Origin: Malacoraja senta
Lineage: Eukaryota
Reading direction: 5' to 3'
DNA: 64,000 nucleotides
Assembly: GCA_038087875.1 (NCBI GenBank)
Contig: JAXLNO010000446.1
Coordinates: 186,001 to 250,000 of the forward strand
The number at the start of each line of letters is the position of its first letter. Positions within the stretch are counted from its first letter, which is position 1. Of the stretch, positions 12,408 through 24,402 are shown piece by piece. A program made the position numbers and the translations under genes. The notes beneath the pieces were generated by a model that was not told the DNA's origin, ran no database searches, and saw nothing but the letters and a program-made list of their open reading frames with translations.

Positions 12408-12907
12408 TCTAGATGTCAGCTGATCTATATCGGTGAGACCAAGCGTAGGCTTGGCGATCGTTTCGCCGAACACTTCCGCTCGGTCCGCATGAACCAACCT
12501 GACCTCCCGGTGGCTCAGCACTTCAACTCCCCCTCCCATTCCGAATTCGACCTCTCTGTCCTGAGCCTCCTCCATGGCCAGAGTGAGCAACACCATAAAT
12601 TGGAGGAACAGCACCTCATATTCCGCTTGGGTAGTCTGCATCCTCTTGGCATGAACATTGAATTCTCACAATTCAATTAACCCTTGCTGTCTCCTCTCCT
12701 TCCTACCTCTCCCTCAGCCCCCGGGCTCCTCCTCCTCCTTTTTCCTTTCTTCTCCCCGTCTCCCCCCACCCCCCATTAGTCCGAAGAAGGGTTTCGGCCC
12801 GAAACTTTGCCTATCTCCTTCGCTCCATAGATGCTGCTGCACCCGCTGAGCTTCTCCAGCATTTTGTATCCCTTCGATTTTCCAGCATCTGCAGTTCCTT
12901 CTTAAAC
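12408..12907 (+). repeat. Inverted pseudo-LTR of the PLE (GIY-YIG C-terminus plus 3' UTR)
   Basis: Reverse-complement copy of 9227-9692. ORF 12369-12680 repeats SRCQLIYIGETKRRL...GMNIEFSQF. Confidence 0.92.
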
Positions 12908-12936
12908 TCTTTATTGAAGTGGTTGTACAAACAAAG

Positions 12937-13137
12937 AGAAGGTAGTTGAGGCCAGTTCATTGGCTATATTTAAGAGGGAGTTAGATGTGGCCCTTGTGGC
13001 TAAAGGGATCAGGGGGTATGGAGAGAAGGCAGGTACAGGATACTGAGTTGGATGATCAGCCATGATCATATTGAATGGTGGTGCAGGCTCGAAGGGCTGA
13101 ATGGCCTACTCCTGTACCTATTTTCTATGTTTCTATG
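12937..13137 (+). mobile_element. CR1 (HER1-like) LINE 3' fragment
   Basis: gaaggtagttgaggccagttc...ttctatgtttctatg, the same 3' end as the long copy at 27930-30930. Confidence 0.85.
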
Positions 13138-13446
13138 AACGTACCAGGTTTTCCTTATTTTGCATACAAGTTGTAGCTAGCTGTTCTCCCCGGTCTGGTG
13201 AGAACTGGTTATTCTCCAGCCCTGTGCCTGGTCTGCCACTCCCTGTCCACTATGCCCATACATATACGCCCCCATGTACATCTAATGACCACCCCACAAG
13301 TGTCCAAAATAATACTGCAAGATATATCTAGACAAAATAATATAATATGCCAACATAAATGGCTCTTGGTGACGGTGCTGCATATGCTGCCTGATCCACT
13401 CCAGCACTTTGTGTCCTTCCCCAGGTTGTCTCCGCAACTGTAGATT

Positions 13447-14383
13447 TTGGAGATACAGCATGGAGACAGGGCCTTTCCACCATTGAGTCCATGCTGACCA
13501 TTGGATACCCGTTCACACTGGTTCTATGTTATCCCACTTTCACATCTACTCTCTATACACTATGGGTAATTTGCAGACGGCCAATTAGCCTACAAACCCA
13601 CACATCTTTGGGATGCGGGAGGAAATTCTTGCTATTGAGGGAGTGCAGCGTAGGTTCACAAGGTTAATTCCCGGGATGGCGGGACTGTCATATGCTGAGA
13701 GAATGGAGCAGCTGGGCTTGTACACTCTGGAGTTTAGAAGGATGAGAGGATATCTCATTGAAACATATAAGATTGTTAAGGGCTTGGACACGGGGCCACA
13801 GTTTAAGAATAAGGAGTAAGCCATTAAGAACGGTGACGAGGAAACACTTTTTATCACAGAGAGTGGTGAGTCTGTGGAATTCTCTGCCTCAGAGGGTGGT
13901 GGAGGCAGGTTCTCTGGATGCTTTCAAGAGAGAGCTAGATAGGGCTCTTAAAAACAGCGGAGTCAGGGGATATGGGGAGAAGGCAGGAACGGGGTACTGA
14001 TTGGGGATGATCAGCCATGCTCGAAGGGCCAAATGGCCTACTCCTGCACCTATTGTCTATTGTCTATTGAAACCGGAGCACCAGGAGAAGAGTTAGATAC
14101 AGCTCTAGGGGCTAGTGGAGTCAAGGGATATGGGGAGAAGGCAGGCACGGATTATTGATTGGGGACGATCAGCCATGATCACAATGAATGATGGTGCTGG
14201 CTCGAAGGGCCGAATTGCCTCCTCCTGCACCTATTTTCTATGTTTCTATGTTTCTATGTTAACACCCATGTGGTCACAGAAAGAACGTGCAAACTCCCCA
14301 AAGGCAGCATCCGAGGGGAGGGTTGAACTCAGGTGTCTGGCGCTGTGAGGCAGTGCCTCTATCAGCTGCACCATTGTGCCGCC
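13447..14383 (-). mobile_element. V-SINE (HE1-like) split into three pieces by CR1 3' fragments
   Basis: SINE pieces at ~13447-13625, 14069-14090 and 14261-14383 match the intact copy at 48318-48640. Plus-strand CR1 tails lie at 13616-14068 and 14090-14260. Confidence 0.7.
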
Positions 14384-14719
14384 CTGTAACAGGAAGGATT
14401 GACACCTTTTTAAAAAATTGGAACCGATTTACAGAGTGCACAGTAAATTGAAGCATAGACAGGATGAGGAAATAACTTAATCTTCAGGGCACTCCCAGTC
14501 ATTAAAGAATGTGTTGCAACAGCGCCAATTATCAGAAAGGTTGTCAAAACATACCCAGGCAAGTACTCGCGCCCATTCCACTAATGTCACGTCTCAGTAA
14601 CTCTGAACATTTGATTATTGAGGCAAAGTTTTAATGTAATCAGTTGTAACATATAAATAGATTCCAAAGAAAACTTTATCTGAATAAACTTTATATGAAA
14701 CCCTTATATGACTAAAAGG

Positions 14720-15120
14720 AATGGCAGCTAACGTAACCAAGGACCTTCCCCAAACCGGTCATTGTCTCTTCTCCCCACCTCCGCTCCCACATCCTAGAAG
14801 GTACAAGAGTTTGAAAGCATGTACCACCAGACTCAGGAACAGCTTCTTCCCCGCTGTTATCAGACCACAGAATTCTCCTCTCTTCAGCTCGGGTGTAGTC
14901 GCAAACTCCCAACTTACTTTATCGTGGACCTTGGACTTTTTCCCTGAACTGCAACACTACTACGCTGTAAGATTATATTCTTCACTCTGGTATTTTTCTT
15001 TCCGCGCTACCTGTTGTACTTTTGTGTGACTTGATTGTACTCGTGCATGGAATGAATTGACTGAATAGCTCACAAACAAACGTTTTTCACTGTTTCTTGT
15101 TACACGTGACATTAATAAAC
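14720..15120 (+). mobile_element. Rex1/Babar-like LINE 3' fragment
   Basis: GHCLFSP...RRYKSLKACTTRLRNSFFPAVIR, then a 3' UTR ending acacgtgacattaataaa. Confidence 0.7.
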
Positions 15121-15280
15121 TGATGCCACATGTGAAACCAATATCAATGCTAATTAATACCAGTACCAATTCCAATAACTATTCAATAGACAATAGACAA
15201 TAGGTGCAGGAGTTGGCCATTCGGCCCTTCGAGCCAGCACCGCCATTCAATGTCTGTGGTCTGATAACAGTGGGGAAGAA

Positions 15281-15915
15281 GCAAAAGGATTTGAGTATAG
15301 GAGAATGGAGGTTCTACTGCAGTTGTACAGGGTCTTGGTGAGACCACACCTGGAGTATTGCGTACAGTTTTGGTCTCCTAATCTGAGGAAAGACATTCTT
15401 GCCATAGAGGGAGTACAGAGAAGGTTCACCAGACTGATTCCTGGGATGTCAGAACTTTCAAATGAAGAAAGACTGGATAGACTCGGCTTGTACTCGCTAG
15501 AATTTAGAAGATTGAGGGGGGATCTTATAGAAACTTACAAAATTCTTAAGGGGTTGGACAGGCTAGATGCAGGAAGATTGTTCCCGATGTTGGGGAAGTC
15601 CAGAACAAGGGGTCACAGTTTAAGGATAAGGGGGAAGTCTTTTAGGACCGAGATGAGAAAAACATTTTTCACACAGAGAGTGGTGAATCTGTGGAATTCT
15701 CTGCCACAGAAGGTAGTTGAGGCCAGTTCATTGGCTATATTTAAGAGGGAGTTGGATGTGGCCCTTGTGGCTAAAGAGATCAGGGGGTATGGAGAGAAGG
15801 CAGGTACAGGATACTGAGTTCGATGATCAGCCATGATCATATTGAATGGCGGTGCAGGCTCGAAGGGCCGAATGGCCTACTCCTGCACCTATTTTCTATG
15901 TCTATGTTTCTATGA
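15281..15915 (+). mobile_element. CR1 LINE 3' fragment
   Basis: ORF 15305-15817 LVRPHLEYCVQFWSP...RRLRGDLIETYKI...RTRGHSL; (TTCTATGT)-type tail. An inverted CR1 piece follows at 15912-16085. Confidence 0.9.
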
Positions 15916-16119
15916 TCATGGCTGATCATCCACAATCAGTACCCCGTTCCTGCCTTCTCCCCATATCCCCTGGATCTGCTATCTTTAAGTGCTCCAACTA
16001 GATTTCTCTTGAAGGTTTCCAGAAAAACGGCCTCCACCACCCTCTGAGGCAGAGAATTCCACAGACACAACTCTTTGTGTGAAAAAGACCAATACTGATA
16101 CCAATTCCAATACCAATAC

Positions 16120-16930
16120 TGTGACAGCGTCCTGTCCCTTGGATGCGATTCAAGGGATCTGATCCATATCACTGGCGGACAGCGCAGGAGAGGCCAATCC
16201 CCTACTCCAATGGCAACAGCTGGGTCCAAATAGTTGATATTGGCTTGGCCACTGAATGTTGTCAGTCCACGCTCCATAAACCCAGGCATTCTAGCCAGAG
16301 GAAAAAAGTGAAAAGGATGAGAGAAGAAGCAGGAGAGAAAGAGGAAGCTAGGATAGAGTAGGAGAGATATAGTGGGGCGCCTCCAGTCTTCCCCTGCTGC
16401 TGGTTCGAGGAAGACTGAGCCACTGGGACAAATGCAAGGCCATCATTGCCTCAGTGCCCTAGACACCAGCATCTCTACCTGAAGCTAAGCCTGAGATGCC
16501 AGAACCTCTTACTGTCCACAGACAACGAGGGACACTGCCCACACACACAGAGGCAAAGACTGGCCACCAGGATACTCCAGACACTGCCAGCGTCACCTCT
16601 TCAAGCCCAACGCTGAGCCGCCAGTAAGAACCCTGAGATCGCCAGTGCCTCCCTCAAAACAAGGGTGAAACTGCAGGAAGAAGCCTGGATCATCACGCCT
16701 TCTTCAAAGACCGGGACTAAGGTGATAGGACAAGCCCGAGACTGCCAGGGATAGCGTCTGCAAATGATCCTGGATTTTTGTACCAGTGTATATAAAACAT
16801 ATCACGTGAGTTCACCCTACTGCGAGTGTCGGTGTGGTCACTGCCAAACCCGGCAACATTCCAGACGCTGCACTGGTGGAGGATGCGGGCAAGAACACAC
16901 TGGCTTCTTGCAGGATGATTTGATTTTGAT
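16120..16930 (+). mobile_element. Possible highly decayed HERO/R2-superfamily non-LTR 3' fragment
   Basis: Weak motif resemblance only (VPW...SLADS...WVQIVDIG...KKVKRMREEAG). Confidence 0.25.
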
Positions 16931-17081
16931 TTGATTTGATTTATTTCTTGTCATTTGAACCTCAAAGAGGCTCAAATGACAAGCTCCATCAGATATTCAA
17001 AGGGAAGATCGTGACTGTTTTCCAAAGTCAAATCAAATCACCATTCCTGTTTGATGTGGATTGGGCTCCTTTTTTTTTGGA

Positions 17082-17260
17082 TCTTCTTCTTCTTGCGAAT
17101 GAAACATAAACCAAAGGAATAGTTAGATCTCAAGCCGGGTGTTGGAGCAGGCAGGTTGTTGTCTCAATGTCTGCCAGGCCCTGACAGAGCTCCATTTGGT
17201 GGGTGGTAGAGCAGGCACCCAGAGATGACATGGTTGGCTGTCTGTTGTTCTGCTCCACAG
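17082..17260 (-). mobile_element. Vingi/Ingi-like LINE 3' end
   Basis: Minus strand encodes CGAEQQTANHVISGCLLYHPPNG (zinc-knuckle remnant) and ends in (GAA)n. Confidence 0.5.
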
Positions 17261-17675
17261 CTACTGCTAGTATAACTACATCATGTAGGAAATGGGTGTT
17301 AGTTAGTGATGCTACATCACTCTGATTGGTTCACATGCAATAACCAATCTACAATCTACCCCTTCAACTTTGGGGTTTCATTTACCTGTAGGTCCACGGC
17401 ATATAAATGAAAATACAGTACTTTTCAAGCCATTTATATTTGGCTTCATTTAATTCAGCAGAACATTTGTACATATATTACATTTGATTTAAATTCTGCT
17501 AATAAACTTTAATATCCACATAAAGTTTTATAGAATCAATTAAGATTGTTGCTGTTTTCCACTTTAACCTCAAAACCTACAAACTCTAGGGTTCCGTCTC
17601 GTTGGCTGTCACTGCGTCTCGGCGCGTCGTGTCGTCTGGGCGACTGGCCCCTCCATCTAGGTTTCTCGCCGCGTC

Positions 17676-18490
17676 TGGCTACAGGTGGCCTATCCCCGGC
17701 TACAGGGCGTCTATCCTGAGCTACAGGCCTCTATCCTGGGCTACAGGCCTCTATCATAGAAACATAGAAACATAGAAAATAGGTGCAGGTAGGCCATTCG
17801 GCCCTTCGAGCCTGCACCGCCATTCGATATCATGGCTGATCATCCAACTCAGTATCTCATCCCTGCCTTCTCTTCATACCCCCTGATCCCTTTAGCCACA
17901 AGGGCCACATCTAACTCCCTCTTAAATATAGCCAATGAACTGGCCTCAACTACCTTCTGTGGCAGAGAATTCCACAGATTCACCACTCTCTGTGTGAAAA
18001 ATGATTTTCTCATCTCGGTCCTAAAAGACTTCCCTCTTATCCTTAAACTGTGACCCCTAGTTCTGGACTTCCCCAACATCGGGAACAATCTTCCTGCATC
18101 TAGCCTGTCCAACCCCTTAAGAATTTTGTAAGTTTCTATAAGATCCCCCCTCAATCTTCTAAATTCTAGCGAGTACAAGCCGAGTCTATCCAGTCTTTCT
18201 TCATATGAAAGTCCTGCCATCCCAGGAATCAGTCTGGTGAACCTTCTCTGTACTCCCTCTATGGCAAGAATTCCTGGGCTACAGGTCTCTATCCTGGGCT
18301 ACAGGGCTCTATCCTGGCTACAGGCCTCTATCCTGGGCTACAGGCCTCTATCCTGGGCTACAGGGCTCTACCTGGGCTACAGACCTCTATCCTGGGCTAC
18401 AGGCCTCTATCCTCGGCTACAGGCCTCTATCCTGGGCTACAGGGCTCTACCTGGGCTACAGGCCTCTATACTGGGCTACAGGGCTCTACC
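17676..18490. repeat. 19-21 bp minisatellite (ctatcctgggctacaggcct)n split by a CR1 insertion
   Basis: Units at ~17676-17755 and 18272-18490. Confidence 0.9.
17756..18270 (-). mobile_element. CR1 LINE 3' fragment
   Basis: ORF 17849-18220 (GLSYEERLDRLGLYSLEFRRLRGDL); (catagaaa)n tail at 17756. Confidence 0.92.
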
Positions 18491-20784
18491 TGTCACTTAG
18501 CGTTTTAAAACTGCTGCTCAGGTCGTGCCGCTCGCTCCGCAGGGCTCCTTGAATTTCTCGAACATGGCGGTGGCGGCGGTTGTTATCGGCGCGCGGGAGC
18601 GGGTGAGGGTGCGGGCCAGCATGGTGGGAAGGTCGCTGTGGCGGCCATTACTCCGTCTGGGAGAGGCCATCTATGGAGACCTGCGATTCCTCCGTCGATC
18701 GCGGGGACTCGGGGAATCGTGAAGCCTTTTCCTCGCTGGTGATCCCGATTCCACCTGGCGATCTCTGGCCATCACGGGGGGGCGGCCTCCTCTCCGTCTC
18801 CCCGCCCGATCGTCTGCCACGCGTGTGGGTGAGCTACCCCTCGTGGAAGCCACCATCGGCTGACCTTCCGAACAGGGCTTTTAGACCTGCTGGGTGAGTG
18901 TGAGACGTGGGGCGTGATGGGGGCTCGTGAGGCTGATCGGCTCTGGGCCCTCCGCTGCTTTTGAGGCTTGCTCTTCTTCTTGCTTCTTTCTTCTTGCTCT
19001 TTGACTTGGACTGTGACCTGCTTTTTTTTTCTTTAGACCGAGCATTGGAACTGGCTGACCGTCCTCAGCTCTGAGCTTTCTTCTTTTTCTTCTTTTTCGG
19101 CCCACAGTCGCTCGTTCTTCTTCTTCTTCTTGCAAGGAGAGTGGTCCCGGTGGCACAATGAATGCCCGTCCGACACCGACAACATCTTGTAAGAAGCGTT
19201 TTATTTCCAACACTAACAGAAACTTCTAGAAGGTCACGTGACCTGAGTCACGGGGCACTGGCCCACTCGCCAGCTTGTACTCCTGGCCTCAAGAGGCGCT
19301 GGCATTTACATTACATCATCTAGAACATCCAGATGTTATTTCTGGCCAGCACCATTGGGCAGATGGGTTTTATTTAATGGAGTCTCTGTGCTTGAAGTAC
19401 TTGCTGCAACTGAACACCTGTATTTGAACGGTTGCAGCAAATGCAGCAGTTGTCGGCAGTGGGATCATCGACACACACTGTTGGTCAGTTCCAAGTGGCA
19501 CTGTTAATTTCCAAGCCTCCAGCCAGTATTGGGGTGTAACTGGCGATCTCTAGTGACCCTGTAGTAACACAGGCAAGAACGTCATTCTCACAGAGACACA
19601 AGCAACTGCAGATGCTGCAACCTTGAGCAACACACAACATGCTGGAGTAGAGTCCGTCCCGACCTGAAACGTCATCTGTCTATTCACAGCTGCTGCCTGA
19701 CCCGCTGAGTTCCTCCAACACTTTGTGTTTTGGTCGTCATTTCATGTGCAAACCTCAGCGGGGAATATTGGCAGGGCCGTTGACTGATGGAGAAACATTG
19801 CAGCTGATAAGGGAAATTCCAGATTACTGGAGCTCTGTTTGTGCTTTTTCTGGCAGAATCGCTTGATTCAGTGGGAGGAACGGGCCATTCTCAGAATAAA
19901 TCCCTGATGTCAATTAGTTTTTGCCGATATTATAATTATTTAGGATTGGGGCAACCTCCCTTCCTATTCCCTCAGGCCCAGCTATTTAATGGGTGAAGTA
20001 TTTGTGCCCAAATCAGGTAAACCAGAGAGTATGAATCCCAAAGTGAAAAGCAGCTAAAAGTTGTGTAACCTCCAGGCTACTCCCACCCATGGCCACATCA
20101 AGCAAAACTAATTCAATCCAGCCATCTGCTGATTCTGGGCCATCCCCGAATCACCTCATTTACAGTAAGAGAGACGGCTAACTCACTGTACACTGACTTT
20201 GCCAGGGTTGCTAAGCAATCCCTTGCATTGTTTTGCACAAAACACTTTCTTAACTCACGGTCCAACACAAGAGCTGGTTCAGGATTTCAAATATTTTGAC
20301 CTTAAACAGCAAATTACTAAATCTGTTCACTTCAGTGTTCAATATGCAACGTTATTCCCTAACTTGCCCAAAATGGCTGCTACTTATTCGAAGGGTCTCA
20401 TTTTTGAAGTACACGATCCACTACAGAACATAGAACATAGAAGAGTACAGATGAGAGCTGGGTCTTCAGCCCACAATGCCTGTGCCCAACGTGAACCCAA
20501 ATTAAACTCATCTCCTCTGCCTGCTCGTCATCTATATCCCTCCTTGCATATCCAAGTGTCTGTCTAAAAGCCTCTAAAGCCTCTAAAAGCTTCTAAAAGA
20601 ATCAAGAAGCAGATGACATTGTTTTAGGGTGAGAGGGGAAAGATTGATTAGGAACCTGAGGGGCAACTTTTTCACTCGAAAGAGAGGTGGGTATATGGAG
20701 CTGTGCGTCTACGCGATCTATTCCCCTCATGATTTTATACACCTTTATAAGATCACCACTCAGCCTCCTGTGCTCCAAGGAATT

Positions 20785-21415
20785 TTTCATCAGTCAGAGT
20801 ATTGAGTATAGAAGTTGGGAGGTCATGTTGCAACGGTATAAGACGTTGATGAGGCCGCATTTAGAGTATTGTGTTCAGTTCTGGACACCATGTTATAGGA
20901 AAGATGTCAAGCTGGAAAGGGTACAGAAAAAATTTACAAGGATGTTGTCAGGACTAGAAGGTCTGAGCTATAGGGAGAGGTTGAGTAGGCTGGGACTCTA
21001 TTCTTTGAAGCGCTGGAGGATGAGGGGTGATCTTATTGAAGTGTATAAAATCATGAGAGGAATAGATCGGGTAGGAGTACAGAGTCTCTTGCCCAGAATT
21101 AGGGAATCGAGGACCAGAGGACATAGGTTCAAGGTGAAGGGGAAAAGATTTAATAGGAATCTGAGGGATAACTTTTTCACACAACGGGTGATAGGTGCAT
21201 GGAACAAACTGCCAGAGGAGGTAGTTGAGGCTGGGACTATCCCAACATTTGAGAAACAGTTTGACAGGTACATGGACAGGACAGGTTTGGAGGGATATGG
21301 ACCAAGCGCGAGCAGGTGGGACTAGTGTAGCTGGGACATTGTTGGCCGGTGTGGGCAAGTTGGCTGAAGGGCTTGTTTCCACACTGTATCACTATGACTC
21401 TATGATTCTATGAAT
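20785..21415 (+). mobile_element. CR1 LINE 3' fragment (second subfamily)
   Basis: RPHLEYCVQFWTP...RGDLIEVYKIMRG...RTRGHRFKV; (ctatgact)-like tail. Confidence 0.88.
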
Positions 21416-21557
21416 AATGTCGTACCATGCCCAACCTCTCCCTATAGCTCAGGCCTCGAGTCCTGACAACATTCTCGTAAATCATCTCTGCACTCTCTCC
21501 AGCTTACCAGCATTCTTTCTATAGCAGAGTGACCGAAATTGAACACAATACCCCCAG

Positions 21558-21686
21558 TTTAAGAAAGAACTGCAGATGCTGGAAAAATCAAAGGTAGACA
21601 AAAATGCTGGAGAAACTCAGTGGGTGAGGCAGCATCTATGGCACGAAGGAATAGGTGACGTTTCGGGTCGAGATCCTTCTTCAGAC
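21558..21686 (-). mobile_element. Solo PLE pLTR derivative with intact hammerhead-like core
   Basis: Minus strand gt-CTGAAGA-aggatctcgaccc-GAAAC-GTC-acct, followed by the same tail as the PLE pLTR. Confidence 0.75.
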
Positions 21687-21839
21687 AATACTGACAGTAC
21701 ACACTCACCAACATTGTAACATAAGGTTTATTTTAGGTTCGTTTATTATTGTTGTCATGTGTACGCTTTTTTGTCACCTGCCATCCAGTCAAGAAAAAGA
21801 CGATACATGATTACAATCAAGCCGTCCAGTGTATTAATT

Positions 21840-22290
21840 AAATCAAATCAAATCAAAAACTTTATTTGCCATTTGTGCTTACACACATAGGAACTCTTGT
21901 GCGGTTGTTCAGAGTGTCAAGTCAAGTCAAGTTAAAAAGACACACAGAAAGACACATAATCTATAAACTATAAACACATATACTAGGATATGTTATGAGG
22001 TGGGTCAGGACATCAGTTCATTTTGTTTTGGCCAAGAGTCTCACTGTGGCAGGGAAGAAGCTCTTGAAAAAGCGTGTTCTGTTTGTGGCGATGCTGTCCG
22101 CTCGTCTGTGCCTGAGGTTGTATGTGCAGTTTTTGTGTTTGAGCAGGGAGTGAGCTGGATGTAGTGTGTCTCTGATGATTCTCTCTGCTCTTTTTTGACA
22201 GCGCTGTGTGTAGATTGTTTCCATGGAGGGAAGTTCCGTTCTGATAATCCTCTCTGCAGTCTTTATGACTCTTTGCAATTAACCACTTCT
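21840..22290 (-). mobile_element. Rex1/Babar-like LINE 3' fragment
   Basis: QRVIKTAERII...HPAHSL...TRFFKSFFPATVRLL; (GATTT)n tail. Confidence 0.75.
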
Positions 22291-22599
22291 CTTTTGAGGA
22301 GAGGGAAGAATTACATTTCATGTTTTTCCTCATTCCTTACAATGCCGTGTACGACAGTGATCGCAACTTCTACTGAAGTGTGGATGGCCGTTGGCTCACT
22401 AGGAGCTCATCTGCCCTTTGACAGGTCTTGTTTCTGGTCCTGCTGGGGGTCCACAGCCCCCTCCTCACCTGGCAAACCAGGTGGGGGTGACGGTTTAGTC
22501 GCCGACTGTCCGACCATAGAGCAGGTAGCACGGGAAGACATGGTACCCGTGGCGGGGGGAACTCCCCCCGACCTGACCTGATGCAGTATAAAAATTATA

Positions 22600-23360
22600 A
22601 CATTTAGTGAAGATAAAGTCCATTAAAGATCAAAGTCTCCAATGAGGTAGATGGGAGATGAAGACCGCACTCTAGCTGGTGAGAGGATGGTTCAGTTGCC
22701 TGATTACAGTTGGGACATACTTCTGTACCTTTTGCCTGATTGGAGAGGGGAGAAGAGGGAGTGACCGGTGTGAGACTGGTCCTTGATTATGGCCTTGCCA
22801 AGGCAGCGTGAGACATAGATGGAGGCAATGGATGGGAGGTTGGTTTGTGTGATGGTCTGGGCTGCTGGCCTTGCTGAGGCAGCGTGAGACATAGATAGAG
22901 TCAATAGAAGGGAGGTTGGTTTGTGTGATGGTCTGTGCTGTGTCCACAACCTTCTGAAATTTCTTATGATCTTGGAAGGAGCTGTTCACAATCTAAGCTC
23001 TGATGCATCCCAATAAAATGCTTTCTATAGTGGATCTGTTGAAGTTGGTGAGAGTTGTTGGGGACTTGCTGAACTTTCTCAGCCTTCTAAGGAAGTAGAG
23101 GCGCTGGTATGCTTTCGTGACCATTGCTTCGATGTTGCTGGACCAGGACAAATTGCTGGTGATATCTCAACTTTGGCACCATCCGTGTGCATCTATGTGT
23201 ACCTCTTCGCTTCCTGAAGTCGATCACTATCTCCTTTCTCCTGTTGACATTGAGAGAGAGGCTGTTGTCTTGGTACCAGGTTACGAGGTTCTCAATCACC
23301 TTCCTCTGTCTCATCGTTATTTAATATCTGACCCATTACGGTCATGCAGTCCGTGAATTT
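22600..23360 (-). mobile_element. Rex1/Babar-like LINE fragment
   Basis: WYQDNSLSLNV...EIVIDFRK; QKVVDTAQTITQT; HSLFSPLQSGKRYRS. Confidence 0.75.
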
Positions 23361-23679
23361 GTAACTTGTGTTGGATTGATATTTGGCTTCACAGTCACGA
23401 GTGTGTAAGGAGTCGAGTGAGGAGCTACAACACATCCTTGCCGGACACCAGTGATGAGGATTACCTACAAGATGATTTGTCAGGGCGCTATGTACCTAGA
23501 CCGAGATTCCTCTGCTCTACAACACTCCCCTGGGCTGGCCCTGCCATTCACTGTGAATGTCCTGCCCTGGTTTGATTTTTCACACCCTGCAGATATCTGC
23601 ACTAGCCATTCCTCAGCCCTATTGCCCAGCTGATCAAGCTCCTGCTGTGATTATTGATTATCAGTGAGCGATCATAAGG

Positions 23680-24235
23680 TCATTTATTAAGAGTAAAATT
23701 AGGCCATTCGGCCCATTATCTACTCCACCATCCAATCATGGCTGATCTATCTCTCCTGCCTTCTCCCCATAACCTCTGACACCCGTACTAATCAAGAATC
23801 TATCTATCTCTGCCAAAAAAATATAAACTGACGGCCTCCACAGCCTTCTGTGGCGAAGAATTCCACAGATTCACCACCCACTGACTGAAGATATTTCTCC
23901 TCATCTCCTTCCTAAAAGAACGCTCTTTAATTCTGAGTCTATGACCTCTGGTCCTAGACTCTCCCACGTGGAAACATCCTCTCCACAGACACTCTATCCA
24001 GGCCTTTCACTCTTCTGTATGTTTCAATGAGGTCCCCCCTCATTCTTCTAAACTCAAGCAAGTACAGGCCCAGTGCCAACAAACGCTCATCATATGCTAA
24101 CCCACTCATTCCTGGGATCGTTCATGTAAACCTCCTCTGGACCCTCTCCAGAGCCGGCACATCCTTCCTCAGGTACGGAGCCCAAAATTGTTCACAATAT
24201 TCCACATGCGGCCTGACCAGCGCCTTGTAGAGCTT
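23680..24235 (-). mobile_element. CR1 LINE 3' fragment
   Basis: [24 protein letters not shown]...LERVQRRFT. Confidence 0.8.
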
Positions 24236-24402
24236 CAGTGATCTTACTGCATCTTGAAATTTGGTGCTGTCATCAATAACAGCTGGTCTGCACAGTTGTA
24301 TTCTTTGGGGACACAAGGAAGTACAGATGCTGGCTTACAAAAACCCCCCATAAAGTGCTGGAATAACTCAATGGTTCAGATAACATCTCTGGAGAACATG
24401 AA

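Larger units (their letters stand above)
9227..12907 (-). mobile_element. Penelope-like element (PLE) with RT, GIY-YIG endonuclease and inverted pseudo-LTRs
   Basis: RT 9865-11172 (FLPKIHKPDCPGRPIVS, TMDVQSLYTSI, GVAMG, YIDD) and GIY-YIG 9420-9935 (NLIYCIRC...IYIGETKRRLGDRFAEH...GMN). 9227-9692 is repeated in inverted orientation at 12408-12870. Confidence 0.95.
17585..19230 (-). pseudogene. Decayed Ser/Arg/Lys-rich (SRRM-like) coding fragment with an internal minisatellite, interrupted by CR1
   Basis: Minus-strand reading across frameshifts: PKKKKKKAQS*GRSASSNARSKEKKSRSQSKSK, RRAQSRSASR, SPSRSKSPVRK, DSPSPRDRRRNRRSP, QSPRRHDAPRRSDS. A partial second copy lies at 47447-47766. Confidence 0.5.

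Noticed and set aside
9227..12907. Inverted repeats as TIRs of a DNA transposon, or as retroviral LTRs
   Set aside because: The repeat is the GIY-YIG C-terminus plus 3' UTR of a Penelope-like element; there is no transposase or integrase.
16200..16260. NINYLDP in ORF 15936-16289 resembling the topoisomerase I catalytic motif
   Set aside because: Only about 5 residues match, there is no flanking similarity, and the ORF runs into CR1 sequence.
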